Origin: Chrysemys picta bellii
Lineage: Eukaryota
Assembly: GCF_011386835.1 (NCBI RefSeq)
Contig: NC_088795.1
Location: 144,646,001-144,710,000, forward strand
Direction of reading: 5' to 3'
Length of the DNA stretch: 64,000 nucleotides
Below the pieces are notes generated by a model. The model saw only the letters and a program-made list of their open reading frames with translations, was not told the origin of the DNA and did no database searches. Numbering within the stretch: the stretch's first letter is position 1; each line of letters opens with the position of its first letter. The position numbers and the translations under genes were made by a program. Positions 23,952 to 36,560 of the stretch are shown one piece after another.

Positions 23952-24294
23952 CCTGGCGCAGCCGGGACCGGCCCGATCCAAACGTCTACGGGGGATCGGA
24001 GCCGCAGTGGTCCGGGCTGCAACCCACCGCGGCGGGGCGGGGAGCCTGCGGTCCCGGTTCCGATCACCCCGGCCCGGTCCCCACGGGTTCGGTTCCGAGC
24101 TCGCTGCCCCCGTACCCCGGTCCAGACCTGCGCGCCCAGTCCCAGTCCCGCTCCCGATTCCCAAGGGGAGTCTCCAAACTTCGAGTCAAACTCCGCCCCG
24201 GGGCGGCACCTGGCGGGGGCGGGCAGCGCTGCAGCCCCGAACCGAACCGGGCCCGGGCGGCACCTGGCGGGGGCGGGCAGCGCTGCAGCCCCCG

Positions 24295-24330
24295 CACACG
24301 TGGGCAGTAAGGAGCAGGCTACTTTTATAC
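24295..24330 (-). promoter_or_regulatory. Candidate RTKN distal core promoter (TATA box + E-box)
   Basis: TATAAAAG on the minus strand at 24322-24329; CACGTG at 24297-24302; about 370 bp upstream of ATG 23951. Confidence 0.5.
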
Positions 24331-24574
24331 AGAACCATCCAGGGCCTCCCTGGGCGGGCACAGAGAGAATCATGAAGCCAGCTGGTGTGGGCTGGCCCCG
24401 GGGTGCTGGTTCCCTAGGGTGGGGATCTGGGTCAGGATCCCCTGGGGCGGGGGCCTGCGGAGCTAGGCAGCAGCAGGCACCGAGGAGCCCGTGCAGAGAA
24501 TTGGCAGGAGCCCCGTGGCACTGCCAGGCCTGCAGAGGGAACAATGGGACAGTGTGAGACAGCACATGGGAGCG

Positions 24575-24995
24575 TGTCGGGGTGGTGGTGAGTGTGTCAT
24601 CGTGAGGGGATGTACATGGGCGTGTGCCCATGTGAGTGCATGGGGGGCTGAGTGTGTCATTGTGAGGGGGACGTACATGTGTGTGCCAGGGGTACCTGGG
24701 TGTGTGCCCATGTGAGTGCATGGGGGGCTGAGTGTGTCATTGTGAGGGGGACGTACATGTGTGTGCCAGGGGTACCTGGGCGGGTACCTGGGTGTGTGCC
24801 CATGTGAGTGCATGGGGGGTGAGTGTGTCATTGTGAGGGGGACATACATGTGTGTGCCAGGGGTACCTGGGCGGGTACCTGGGTGTGTGCCCATGTGAGT
24901 GCATGGGGGGTGAGTGTGTCATTGTGAGGGGGACGTAGATGTGTGTGCCAGGGGTACCTGGGCGGGTATCTGGGTGTGTGCCCATGTGAGTGCGG
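24575..24995. repeat. GT-rich minisatellite (about 60-80-bp variable unit)
   Basis: Repeated GTGTGCCCATGTGAGTGCATGGGGGG.TGAGTGTGTCATTGTGAGGGGGAC.TACATGTGTGTGCCAGGGGTACCTGG. Confidence 0.85.
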
Positions 24996-26399
24996 GGTGG
25001 CACGCCAGGATGTGGGCCCGTGTGTACATGCGAGCCTATGCATGTAGATAGATGCCTGCACACACCCATGCATGTGTGTACACCAGCGCGTGTCTGTTGA
25101 TGACTGTCCCCCTGCACACTCGTGTATGGAATTGGCTCAGACACTGTGACCCCAAAGGTGCTGGCTGATTCCTGGGTTGGCTCTGCCCAAGGCTACACAA
25201 TGCTGTGCCCCTGTCCCCCCTCCTGAAATGGCTGGAGCTGCTCGGTAGGGGCCCCCATCACACTCCTCCTCCCTGCGGTGCCAGACACGCCCCGTGTGTG
25301 TGTGCAGCCGCATGCTTGGACATACCCACGTGTAACACCCTTGTGCGCACACGCACACACACACAAAGAGCTTTGCACACACCCCGTGTTTGCACACGTG
25401 ACCGGCACACACCACAATTCCTAGTTCCACCCACACCCTTCACATATTTGCTGACTCTTATCATGTCCCCTCTGTGCCAAGCCAGACGGATTTAGTTCCT
25501 TTAATCTGTCCTCGGGCAGTGACCCAACCTCAGCAGCGCGGTGGCGCTTCTCTGAGCTCCTGCACTTCCTCCCTCTCTGGGGGCTGAGGGGCCTGGAGCA
25601 GCGCACCAGCCTGGGCAGGCTCTCCCCGACCTGCACGGAGAGGAGCAGCTGGGCCCCCCGCCCGCCCGCCCATCCTTTGCTCCATCCATTTCTGGCCTTT
25701 ACCCTAGTTCGACTGCGAGCTCTCTGGGGCAGGGACTGTGCCTCTGGGTCTGTGCAGCCCCCTGCACGACACGGCCTGGCCCTGGCTCTGGCCCGAGCAC
25801 CCACTGCAACAGAAACAGTCATGGCAGTGGGGCAGGGTTGGGGAGGATTGAGCCCTCCGGAAGCCTGGGAGGCCCCTGCGGGGGGCAGCTTCCTGAGTGA
25901 TGGTTGGTTGCAGCAGCTCACAGAGATTATCCATTAACCTGTGGAACTCACTGCCACAGGCTCTCTCTGAAACAAAGAGCTTAATGGGGTTCCAAGAAGA
26001 TTGGATGCTCCAGGGCAGCAATTGTCAGGATCAGCCATGCCAGGGCTCCCAGGCATGAGCTTAGCTCTGCCAGGGACAGGAAGGAACATGGTGAATTAGG
26101 GCATCTTTAGAAATTCCGGCCTCAGGGACTATTCCCTTCCTTTGCCTCCTGCCCACGGCTCCGGGATGGGGCCACACAGCAGCTCCTCAAAGCTGTGAAA
26201 CCCACATGGGGAAAAAACTCTCCCTGAACAGGCCCCATGTGATACCAGCCTGGAGGGGAAAATCCAGCATCCTGGGGTGGGAGGAGCAGAAAACACACAC
26301 ACTGCTCTGCTCCCACCCCCTGCATTTCACAACCCCCTGCATACAAGCAGGGGCAGGGCAGGGCAGGCCGAGGCTGCACCATTACACAGACAGCAGCTC

Positions 26400-26580
26400 G
26401 CTTCAGAGCTGTATGAGCAGCCAGGCTGCCTTGGGCTGTGAGCGTCTCAGATCTCCCCAGCTAGGCTGGGTCAGTGCCTGGATGGGCGACTTCCAGGGGA
26501 AATCCAAGGGGCTTCAGGCAAGGTGGGATGGGGGGTCCAGTAGGGGGCTCTCCCCTCCCAAGCACAGTGCTGGGGGGTGG
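26400..26580 (+). mobile_element. 5S rRNA-derived SINE fragment (AmnSINE1-like)
   Basis: GTCTCAGATCTC..AGCTA..GGGTCAGTGCCTGGATGGGCGAC resembles the 5S internal promoter region; followed by CAGTAGGGGGCTCTCCCCTC as in the AmnSINE1 consensus I recall. Confidence 0.55.
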
Positions 26581-26670
26581 GCTGTGCTACAGGGAGTGAG
26601 GTAAGAGAGGGGCGCTCTGTCCTCCGAGTCCCCCCATTCAACTCGCCTTTGCCCTGGTGCTCATACAAAA

Positions 26671-27844
26671 TGTGACAGGCCTCAGCTGAGAGCAGTGCCC
26701 GGCCGCCTTGCCTTGTGCTGCCCCGTCCGTCTGTCTGGCTGGCTCTGTCGTCTCTTGACTCATGGGCTGGTTTGATTGAAAAATGCTCCCGCTCGCCCTG
26801 TGATCTCCGTTTGCTCATGAGTCGCTGTGACTCAGCCTGACACAGCCGCTCGGAGCGATTCGGGGACCGTCGGGCCTCCTGTGTGGCATGTCCCCCAGCT
26901 GCCCTCGCAGGGAGCCCAGGAACTTGGGCCGCACTGAAGGGCCCGGTGAGGGCCTGGCTAAGGACGGACAAGGTGTGAAGCTGTATGACGAAACTCTGCC
27001 GGATCAGGACTCAGGAGTAAGGTCGGTGTGAGGCTCCACCACCGCTAGCCGGGCCCGACGCGTGGACGCCCCAGACAGACACAAAGGGAAACAAGGTGAA
27101 CACGGCACTTAGACCTCACAAGGGTGATTCCCAAAAGCAGCGGCATCCTTAGAAAAACTAGTTCAGCTGATTCCTCTGGAGGGAGGGGGGAAGGGAGGAG
27201 CAGTGGAAACTTACCAGGTGAGAACAAAAGAGACCAGGTGACCAAGGGGAGTCAGGAACACGCCGGGGGGCCTTTTCTTCAGTCCAGGAGGGAGAGATCA
27301 CCCAGCAGTAGCAGCTTCCTGGGGCAGCAGAGGCATGCACCTTTTCTTGAGCCCAGCTGGCCCCCGTGATTCCGGACAACCCAAGGGTCTCATGCCCTAG
27401 CCCAGAGAATGCCCTGGAGTGGTGAGGAAATTGAGGCAGGGACATGCATTGAGTGTTTATTGCTTTGTAGGATCTGTGCTCTCCTGTGCTTTACACGATT
27501 AAGTATAAAAGAGAATAAATGTGTTAGCCGGTGCAAAGTGTGAGTGTGTGTTGCCTGCTTCACAACTACTGGTTGCCCCTGAGAGTGATACTGACCAGAA
27601 GTGTGTGTTTAAGTACTGGGGAGTCTGAAGGGTCGGACTCGGGGCTGCACCGGAAGTGCTCCACAGCAGGTTTCGATACTCAGAGGGTCTGCACCCGGCC
27701 AGAGAACGTGCCGAGAGACCCTGAGACTGGGGCAGTGGCGGGACGCCATTCACACCCCCAGGGGGCCAGAGCACAGAGATCTGGATTCCTCTCACAGCAG
27801 TCCTAGTGGGTGGCCAGGCTGGGGGTGCAGTAGGATCTGCGACA
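26671..27844 (+). mobile_element. Probable solo LTR
   Basis: TGTGACA start and GCGACA end; TATAAAA then AATAAA near 27504-27519. No TSD identified. Confidence 0.55.
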
Positions 27845-28282
27845 GGTATTCAGATTGTTTGGCTTTGAAGCCATCCAAAGATGGAGAATCCCCAACCTCC
27901 CTTGGGTGTTTGTTGGAGTGGTTAATCACCTACACCGGTAACGAATTGTGCCTAATTTGGGAGATCTTCACCATCAGAGTGAAGGGCTGGGAATTCCTGG
28001 CAGGTGGGGGGGCAGAGGCTGGCCTGGAGGCTAATGGGTCCGATCTCAGTGCCTTGATGGAAAAATCCCCCGAGCAGTTGCACCTGTAAATTAACACAAT
28101 TGTATGTGTGGGCATTTCTGCAATACTGGGAACACGCCTAGTGCTATCCAGCTGGTGGGGCTGTGCCCAGCAAGCACCAGGTTCCCTGTCCCAAAGCCCC
28201 TGTGTGGTGTCCTGCCATCTGGAGCGGCTCACGACTGTGAGTACCGACTTCAGGGCAGACTGTGAGAAACAGGGCAGTCACC

Positions 28283-28553
28283 CAGTGGCAGATTAGCCAA
28301 TGGGGCCCGTGCCCACGGGCCCCAGACAATTGGGGAGCCCTGGAAAAATGGGCACCCCTGTGCCCTGACCCACTCCGCCCGCCTGGCGCTCCTGCCAGGG
28401 AGCAGTGTCGGGGCAAGGGGGAAAGCCCCCACGCCCCAACCCCATTTCCCTGGCAGGAGCGGGGGGAGCAGGGCGGGGCTGCAGGAGGAAGGGGTGGGGA
28501 GGGGCCCCCACTTGCTGTGGCCCAGGGCCCCACAAAAGCTTAATCCGCCTCTG
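28283..28553. mobile_element. hAT-type MITE
   Basis: TIR CAGTGGCAGATTA / rc CAGAGGCGGATTA; 8-bp TSD-like CAGTCACC and CAGATACC (6/8). Confidence 0.7.
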
Positions 28554-28569
28554 CAGATACCCCAGGCTG

Positions 28570-29600
28570 GTGTGTGTCACCAAGCTTGTGAAATGTGAAT
28601 TCCTGGAGCATTATGAAGAACAGGAGTACTTGTGGCACCTTAGAGACTAACAAATTTATTAGAGCATAAGCTTTCGTGGACTACAGCCCACTTCTTCGGA
28701 TGCATTATAACAATCTTACCCTGGAGTCCCAGACAGTCCCCTCAGACTCTCCAGTCTGTCCTGCCACCCGGACAAATGGACTCAGTGATAAACAGTCACT
28801 TACACCAAAACTCACACCACATTCCAGTCTCGAGACCAGTCACATACCCCAGATCAGCCAGTACCTGGCCTAGATCTTCCACTGAAGACAATGCCAGTAG
28901 CCAATCCTGCAATAAACCATCTCAAGGTTTATTAACTAGGAAAAAGGAATGAGCGCGTTATTTACAGGGTAAAGCCAGCAACCCTCTGCACACAAATGAG
29001 TTACCATCTAAATCCGAAGAGTGACCAAGTGGTAGTGATTTGTCAGTTCGAAGTATCTTTCAGGGCAGACCCGGGGTAAACCCTGGGGGTCTCAGTTGAG
29101 AGTCTCTGTCCCAGCCAGGGAAAATGTCCTGTGACTTTGTGTTATTTCCTTCATTCAGCTTCCAAGTCCAGAGGAGGGTGGAGCTTCCTTGCAGGTAGCA
29201 TTTCCCAGGTGAGATAGGGCCATTAACCCATCCTTTGTATTGGGATATTCCTTGATGCCCCATCTGATTTTGATAGGCCTTTTGGATGGGTGGTGGGGCG
29301 GGGAACCGATTCCCACGCCTGAGTTCACAAATTCAGAGCAAACATTTTCAAAGTTATCAAGTAAAACTTACATGTTTTCTTATAGCCTGGAACCCAGATA
29401 TCAAAGTGAGATGAACGCAGGCAGCAACATGCAAGCATTTCCTAGTCTAAACACGAAATACATCCTTAGAAGACTAACACCTGGTTGGAGCAAGATTAAC
29501 ATACGGGTGACCTGGTCTGGGCTCCGGCTATGATACTGCCAGTTCTTGGCTAACGCCTGCAGCCTGGGCAAGACTTGGCATCTGGCCTGGCAGCGTCACA
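28570..29600 (-). mobile_element. Probable LTR-derived segment carrying a Penelope-like insertion
   Basis: Non-coding and AT-richer than its surroundings; resembles turtle LTR repeats; TTTATT (minus-strand AATAAA) near 28927. Boundaries approximate. Confidence 0.4.
28612..28707 (-). mobile_element. Penelope-like element terminal fragment with hammerhead motif
   Basis: AAGAACAGGAGTACTTGTGGCACCTTAGAGACTAACAAATTTATTAGAGCATAAGCTTTCGTGG..CGGATGCAT flanked by a GCATTAT duplication. Confidence 0.8.
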
Positions 29601-30029
29601 CATGGACACACCGAGGGAGCGCTGGGGACTTTGCCTGTGTTGAATGGGAGGCGAGAGAGGGAGCTAGGAGGGTGCGTGGGGAGACTTTGGACCCTCTGGG
29701 ATGGATGTAATCGGGCAATACAAGGCCTGGGGAAAGGACCAATGATCAGCAGCAAGTCTGCAGCGAAGGGGCAGGAGACTGACCCTTGCACGTGAGGGCC
29801 TGTCCCCAGTGCAGACGCATTGCCCCAGGAAGGCCGAAGTGTCAACACCCACAGAAATGCCGGGTCCCTTTGCCCAGCTCCGTTCCGACAACTCTGCACC
29901 AAGCAGATGTGGGGACAGCGTGTGGCCAAGGGAGCCCCTGGGTTCACGGGCAGGGTGAATGAATGCCCCTCATTCCCATTACCGGCAGCTGAGCAAATCC
30001 CTCCTCACGCACACGCAGGCAGGGCTAGT

Positions 30030-30130
30030 CCCCCCATTTACAGGTGGGAACTGAGCCCCAGGGAGACCAAGGGACGTACCAAAGTCACAGGGAGTTGGGG
30101 GCAGAGCAGGAACTTGACCCCAGGCCCCAC
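30030..30130 (+). mobile_element. MIR/CORE-SINE-like fragment (second copy about 30480-30585)
   Basis: CCCATTTACAGGTGGGAACTGAG..CAAAGTCACA..GGCAGAGCAGGAACTTGACCCCAGG resembles the MIR core. Confidence 0.55.
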
Positions 30131-31222
30131 AGGCTAATGCCCAAATCCCTGGACCATCCTTCCCCTCATGTCACTAGCTGCTTAAGGCAGTGAAAACAGA
30201 CGCTTCTGTGCGTGGACCCCAGTTGCGTTGCCCCCGCTCCTTCCAATGCTGGAGAAGCTGCTGGCCCTCGCCCGAGGTCTCCCCCAGTGAAAGTGCTCAC
30301 AGCACTGGCTGCCCTCCATGCCCCTCCTCTCCCACTACAATCCTCTTTGTTCACCCTATTCCTAGGGCCTCTGCCTGCGGGGTGGGAGACTTGTGCTTTC
30401 TGCTGCCCTTCTCTCTATGTAAGCACTTCCCCAGGCCCTATCAGCATGGTACGCGCCTCGCCATGGAGCCAGGCCAGGGCTACCCTCCTTCCGCAGGCGG
30501 GGACTGGGGCACCGTGAGTCTAAGGGACTTGGCCGAGGTCACACAGGGAGTCTTGGACAGAGCCAGGAATTGAACTCCTAAGTCCCAGGGTGGGGATCCC
30601 ACCTGATCCCTTGTCCCAGTCCAGTGCCCTTTTAGCATTACCTGTTATTTGCACGGCAGTGGCGTGTGGGCCCCATCACGGAGCAGGACTCCCTCGCGCC
30701 AGGCCCTGTACAAACGTAGAACAAATAAAGATGGTGTCTGCCCCGAACAGCTGACAATCTAGACTCTCCTTCTCCCTTTCACCAGCTCGGTGGCTCCCCC
30801 CGTGCAGGAGGCAGCCCCCCAGCCCCCTTGCACCAAACCCACATGCCCTGGAGTAGCGCCAGCAGCAGGCTGTGTTGGAAGCAGGCTCTGCCCGTCCCAG
30901 CGGGAATGGGTCAAGCCAGGGACGGGGGAGGCTCCTGCTGGCTGGGACAGGGTGGAAAGGGGAATTCTGTACCGGCTGCCAGTGGCTCAGAGCCTGGCTG
31001 GAGTTGGGGGCTGTAGGACCTTTACTCTAGCCCGGTCACAAAGTGCCCAGAGGCGTGTTTCTGGAGGGAGCCATTTAGGAGCGGACTGCGCCCCGAACAA
31101 AGATGGCCGCTGGGCACGGGGGAATGTTCAGCGACTGAGCGCTGTGCGGGGCGGAAGCGGAGAACGGGTCCGTCCGGAATAGCCCTCCCCGGGCTGCCGG
31201 CCTGTAGCTGAGCCTGGGCCCG

Positions 31223-34200
31223 ATGAGCAAGGCGTGGCGGAGAGGGGGCGCCCCCGGCGGCAGGATGGAGGGGGCCGAGGCGGGTGAGGAGCGAGCGCGG
31301 TCCCCAGCCCCCCCCCCCGGCCGCTGCCGACACCTGGGGCCCGGGGTCCCCCCCTCCCAGGGACGTCTCGGGCCGCTGGGACCGGCCGGGGGGGTCCGGG
31401 GAGGGGCGGGAGCTGCCGGGGGGGGGGCGGGAAGGGAAAGGGAGGGGGCCCGCTGGGGGGCGGGAGCTGCCGGGGGGCGGGAGCCGCTGGGGGGAAGGGG
31501 CCCGGGCCGGGGGGGGGGCGGGAGCTGCCGGGAGGGGGAAGGGAAGGGGAGGGGGCCCGGTGGGGGGCGGGGGCCGCTGGGGGGAAGGGGCGGGGGCCCG
31601 GACCCGCTGGGGGGCGGGAGCTGCCGGGGGGTGGGGGCCCGGTGGGGGGAAGGGGAGGGGGCCCGGGGGGGGAGCCGGAGCTGCCGAGGGGCGGGAGCCG
31701 CTGGGGGGAAGGGGCACGGGCCCGGGGGGGGGGAGCTGTGGGGGACCGCTGGGGGGGTGGGCCCCGGGGATTTTATATGGCCTGCACTTGCTCCGCAGCC
31801 CTGGGGCCCCAGCCCCCGGCTAAGCAGAGCCGGGGTGGGAGTGGGATAGGGGGTATAGGAGCTGGGGGGGCTGTTGGGTCTCATCCCCTCCCCTGGGGAA
31901 TCAGGGCAGCTCGTCCCTTCAGCCTGGTGCCCGGCCCCCGGGAATGCCCCAGGCCCGGTGCCCCTGTGCCGCCCGTGGGCAGCGAGGTGACGTGAGCGTC
32001 TGCGCGTGTCCCCAGGGGACCAGGACGAGTCCAGCGGGCACGGCTCCCACAAGAAGAAGCACAAGAAGCACAAGAAGAAGCACAAGAAGAGGCATCACCA
32101 TGAAAACATGGGCGCCAGCTTCTCCTCCGAGCCCCTGGAGTCCGGCCCCCTGCTCCCCAAGCCCCAGCTCAAGCTCAAAATCAAGCTGGGGGGGCAGATT
32201 CTGGGCACCAAGAGGTAAGGGGGGCCCCAGCGTCTGCTCTGGGTGACGGGGGCGCTGGGAGGGAGGTGCGACGTTCTCGGGGCCAAGACTTATATTTCAA
32301 AATAGGAGTCGCCATACTGGCGAGACCATGGCCAGGATCCATGCCTGGATCAGACCAGCCTGGTCTCTCCCTCCAGGCCCTATCGGATCAGCAGGCCCCC
32401 CTCGCCCTGTGTTCCCACCCTGCCTCCCACTCCCCAGAATAGACCAATGGGCCCCCTGCCCTGGAGCTGTACAGTGGCCATGCTGGTGTTGTGCCGGAAG
32501 ACACACGCCCACAGGTCCTAGTGCGGCTCTGTGGACGTGCAAGCTTTGCTGCACCCTAATGCGCAGGGTTTGTGGGCTGTCTCTCCAGCGTGCCGACCTT
32601 CACGGTGATCCCCGAGGTGCCGCGCTCGCCTTCCCCTCTGATGGTCGTGGACGACGAGGACGAGCCCATGGAGGGGGTCCCCATTGAGCAGTATCGGGCC
32701 TGGCTGGGTGAGTGCTAAAGGGGGAGATCCTCGCTCTGCAGCTCCGCAGCATTCCCAAACAGCAGTCAAGGAAGCCCAGCCCCTGAATAAGGGCTGGGAG
32801 GGGCCCCAGGGCAGCCGCATGGCTGGGGTGAGGCCCCTGGGGCAGGGAGGTATCAGGCGATCCCACATTCACCCGGCCGAGCTCTAAGTGCTCTCGTTTC
32901 CCTCCCAGAGGCAGTAACAAAATAGCTGTAATCAGCTTTGGGGGACCCCAGCTTCTCCCCCGGGCTGGGCTGCCCCAACTGCCTGGCTCTAGAAGGCCGG
33001 AGGCTGTTCCCTTGACTCTGTTCCGGCTTGGCTGGCGAGGCTGTGCGTGCTGCCCGGGGAGCCAGGGCTGAGCTCTGCCGGGCTCTGGGGTTTCCCCTGG
33101 TGGGAGCGAGAGACAGAGGAAGTGTGCAGCCAGGTCCTAGTTGGGGTCTGTTGGGGTGTCAGCCCCTGGAGAGAACAGTCCCTTGGGAGCAGGCCAGCCA
33201 CTGGGAGTTCCAGGCGGCCCAAGAGAGGTGGTAACACACTGTCTCCCTGCCGGGGCAGCGCAGATGAAGACAGTAACCTGGACCCATCGCCCCTGCCGGA
33301 CCTGGACTCGGAGAGCTGCTTCCCCGCCCGCGAGGACGAGGAGGAGGAGCGCTGGCTGGATGCGCTGGAGAAGGGCGAGCTGGACGACAACGGCGAGCTC
33401 AAGAAGGAGGTGGATGAGTCGCTGCTCACGGCCAGACAGGTGAGGGGGGCTGGGAGCCCTGCAGGGGTGGGTCAGTCCCTCCCTCCCATGTGGCCTAGGA
33501 AGGCTGATGGTGGCTGGTGCCTGCGGCCCACGTGCGCAGGGCGGTGGCTGCGATGTGCAGGGGTTGTGGCTGCAGCGGCCTGCTTGGTGCAGAGAGGAGC
33601 CGGGGTAGCACAGAATCCCCTGTGCCCAAAACTCTCCCATGCATGGGGCTTCAGAGCCCCTGTGGCCTGCCGGGCTCCCTGCCTTCACTGCACAGGGAGG
33701 CCCTGACACACGCACACTCCCCAGAGCCAGCCGATCTCCCCCCCGCTGGGGCGGGACTGGAGCTCCTCCCTCAGCCCATGCATTGGGTCTGACCGTCCCT
33801 CGTGCTCTGTGCCCCCCTGCAGAAAGCCCTCCTGCACAAGCAGCAGAGCCAGCCGCTCCTGGAGCTGCCCATGGGCTACAAGGCGAAGGAGATGACGGAG
33901 GAGATGCTGGTGAAGCGGGAGGAACGAGCCCGCAAGCGGCGGCTGCAGGCGGCCAAGAAGGCGGAGGAGAACAAGAACCAGACCATTGAGCGCCTCACCA
34001 AGACCAACAAGGCCAAGGTGAAGACGCTGCGGGAGCGCAAGGCCAAGCAGGCCCCGTGCCCCATGATTCGCTACTGCAACGCCGCGGACCGGATCACCGT
34101 GTCCTTCCCGCCCGGGGTCACGCTGCCCCTGCCGCCCTGCGCGCCCCCGCCTGTGCCTGCACCCACCACCTGCGGGGTCCGCGGCTGCCCCAACCGCAAG

Positions 34201-34287
34201 CGGTACTCCTGCTCGCGCACCGGCGTGCCCCTCTGCAGCTTCGCCTGCTACCGGAAGAACCTGCAGCTGCAGGAGGCGGTCGGCTAG
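31223..34287 (+). CDS. INO80B: INO80 complex subunit B; join(31223-31283,32016-32214,32589-32707,33264-33439,33823-34287), 339 aa
   Basis: MSKAWRR start; HKKKHKKHKKKHKK; KPQLKLKIKLGGQ; WLDALEKGELDDNG; KREERARKRRLQAAKK; C-terminal HIT-type zinc finger (CGVRGC..YSCSRTGVPLCSFAC). All junctions GT-AG, phases consistent, 1020 nt. ATTAAA near 35155. Confidence 0.96.
31310..31750. repeat. G-rich degenerate tandem repeat in INO80B intron 1
   Basis: Repeated GGGAGCTGCCGGGGGG..GGGCCCG..GGGGGAAGGGG units with many G-runs. Confidence 0.75.
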
Positions 34288-35707
34288 GGGTCCTGGCGCT
34301 GACCCTGGCTGCCAGGCGCTGGCTGAAGATCCCTGCGTCCCTCTGGGGAGGCCCAGGGGGGACGTTCACTCTCCATCAGCTCAGGACGCAGCTGCTGCCC
34401 TTGTGACTGCGAGCTGAGGACCCTGGCGTCCGGGACCCCTACTGGGACTGGCTCATTCCCTGAGAGCTGAGTCATGTCTGAGCCCAGAGTCTGCCCCAGT
34501 GTGGCGTACATGGCTCCACGCAGCCTGGCCTCCCCGGGTCTCTCCCACCCTCCCAGCTGACTGGGAGGGATGGGAAACAGGCCAAGCTGGGCCTGGGCTC
34601 GGCCGCGTGGTGTCTCCAGGCCCTGCCACGAGGAGGCGTCTCCCGCCCTTCGGTGCCTGCCTGCAGGGCTGAGCTCTGCTGTGCTTGGGGGAGGGAGGAG
34701 CTTCTTCCAGCTGTCAGTGGAAGGACTGGCTGGGCCCCTACACCGTGGAGCTGTTAGCTCTCCTCCGTCCCAGTCTAGGAGAGGTGAATCAGCCAGCCCC
34801 ATTGGCTGGGGCGAAAGTCTCTGCTGGATGTGCTCAAAGAGCCCCTCCCCCCAGGGCGGGTGTTGTGGGGCCGTGGGAGGCCCTTGGGGATGTGGGTGGT
34901 CCCCCTGCTGCCACTCACGCTCAGTAGCTATTGATGTGGGGAGGCAGTTGAGTGGGGTCCAAGCAGATGGAGGAGGTCAGGGCTGCCTGGGCCTGGCTCG
35001 CTGCCTCCTCCTGGCCAAGCTGTGTCACTGCAGCTCTCCAGACCACAGCGTGTGTGCGTGGGAAGGTGGGATGCTGCAGGCCCCTTCATGCCCTCCCCCT
35101 GCTCTCCTTGGGGCTGGGGGTTTGGGCCCAGGGACGCTCGTTACCTGTAACATTCATTAAACCCCACAGTACAGAGGGAAGATCTGTCGCTCCGGTGGGA
35201 GCCTCTCTTTGATCTCGGGGCTGGGCTGGTGGGTCGTGGGGGGGAGGCCTGGGCTCTCAGGTTCTGTTGGGGAAGGCAGGCTGGTCTCTGCTCCATGCAC
35301 CCAGCCTGTGACCTCGGCCACCCTACTTCCAGAGCCCCTTGTACCAGGCCCCAGGGGACACTTCCAGAGCCCCCTGATCTCATCATCAGGTCCCCTGGGG
35401 GAGCGGCTGGGGCAGTAAGTCTTGCTGCTAAGGCCCAGGCTGTGGGGCCTGATCCCGGAGCCGAGATGTAGCCAAGGGTCGCTCGCCCAGTGTCATCCAC
35501 TCGCCTCCTGGCTCCCGCCGCTGGGCTTGACCTGGCCCGTGGCCCAGGCTGGGATTCCCACCTCGTGCTCCCAGCTCCTCTGCTGGGGCCGTGTCCCAGG
35601 AGAGTCGCGCTCTTGGGTGCACATGAAGTATCGTCCTAGAGCTGCAATTCCTCATTCTTCCCCTCGTCCTGTGCCTGGCTGGCAGCACCTCTGCCCCCTC
35701 GCCGGGC

Positions 35708-36560
35708 CCAGCGACCCTGTGCAGAGCACTCGGTGTGGGAAGCCCAGGGCTGGCAGCACCTCCCCCAGCTCCCCCGCACCCAGCGACCCTGTGCAGAGCA
35801 CTCGGTGTGGGAAGCCCAGGGCTGGCAGCGCCTCCCCCAGCTCCCCCGCACCCAGCGACCCTGTGCAGAGCACTCGGTGTGGGAAGCCCAGGGCTGGCAG
35901 CGCCTCCCCCAGCTCCCCTGCACCCAGCGACCCTGTGCAGAGCACTCGGTGTGGGAAGCCCAGGGCTGGCAGCGCCTCCCCCAGCTCCCCTGCACCCAGC
36001 GACCCTGTGCAGAGCACTCGGTGTGGGAAGCCCAGGGCTGGCAGCGCCTCCCCCAGCTCCCCCGCACCCAGCGACCCTGTGCAGAGCACTCGGTGTGGGA
36101 AGCCCAGGGCTGGCAGCGCCTCCCCCAGCTCCCCCGCACCCAGCGACCCTGTGCAGAGCACTCGGTGTGGGAAGCCCAGGGCTGGCAGCGCCTCCCCCAG
36201 CTCCCCCGCACCCAGCGACCCTGTGCAGAGCACTCGGTGTGGGAAGCCCAGGGCTGGCAGCGCCTCCCCCAGCTCCCCCGCACCCAGCGACCCTGTGCAG
36301 AGCACTCGGTGTGGGAAGCCCAGGGCTGGCAGCGCCTCCCCCAGCTCCCCCGCACCCAGCAACCCTGTGCAGAGCACTCGGTGTGGGAAGCCCAGGGCTG
36401 GCAGCACCTCCCCCAGCTCCCCCGCACCCAGCGACCCTGTGCAGAGCACTCGGTGTGGGAAGCCCAGGGCTGGCAGCGCCTCCCCCAGCTCCCCCGCACC
36501 CAGCGACCCTGTGCAGAGCACTCGGTGTGGGAAGCCCAGGGCTGGCAGCACCTCCTCTGC
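35708..36560. repeat. Highly homogeneous minisatellite, 72-bp unit, ~12 copies
   Basis: Unit translates as SDPVQSTRCGKPRAGSASPSSPAP (24 aa) and is open in several frames on both strands. Confidence 0.95.

Noticed and set aside
26440-26510. 5S rRNA-like sequence
   Set aside because: Partial and diverged; better explained as a 5S-derived SINE head.
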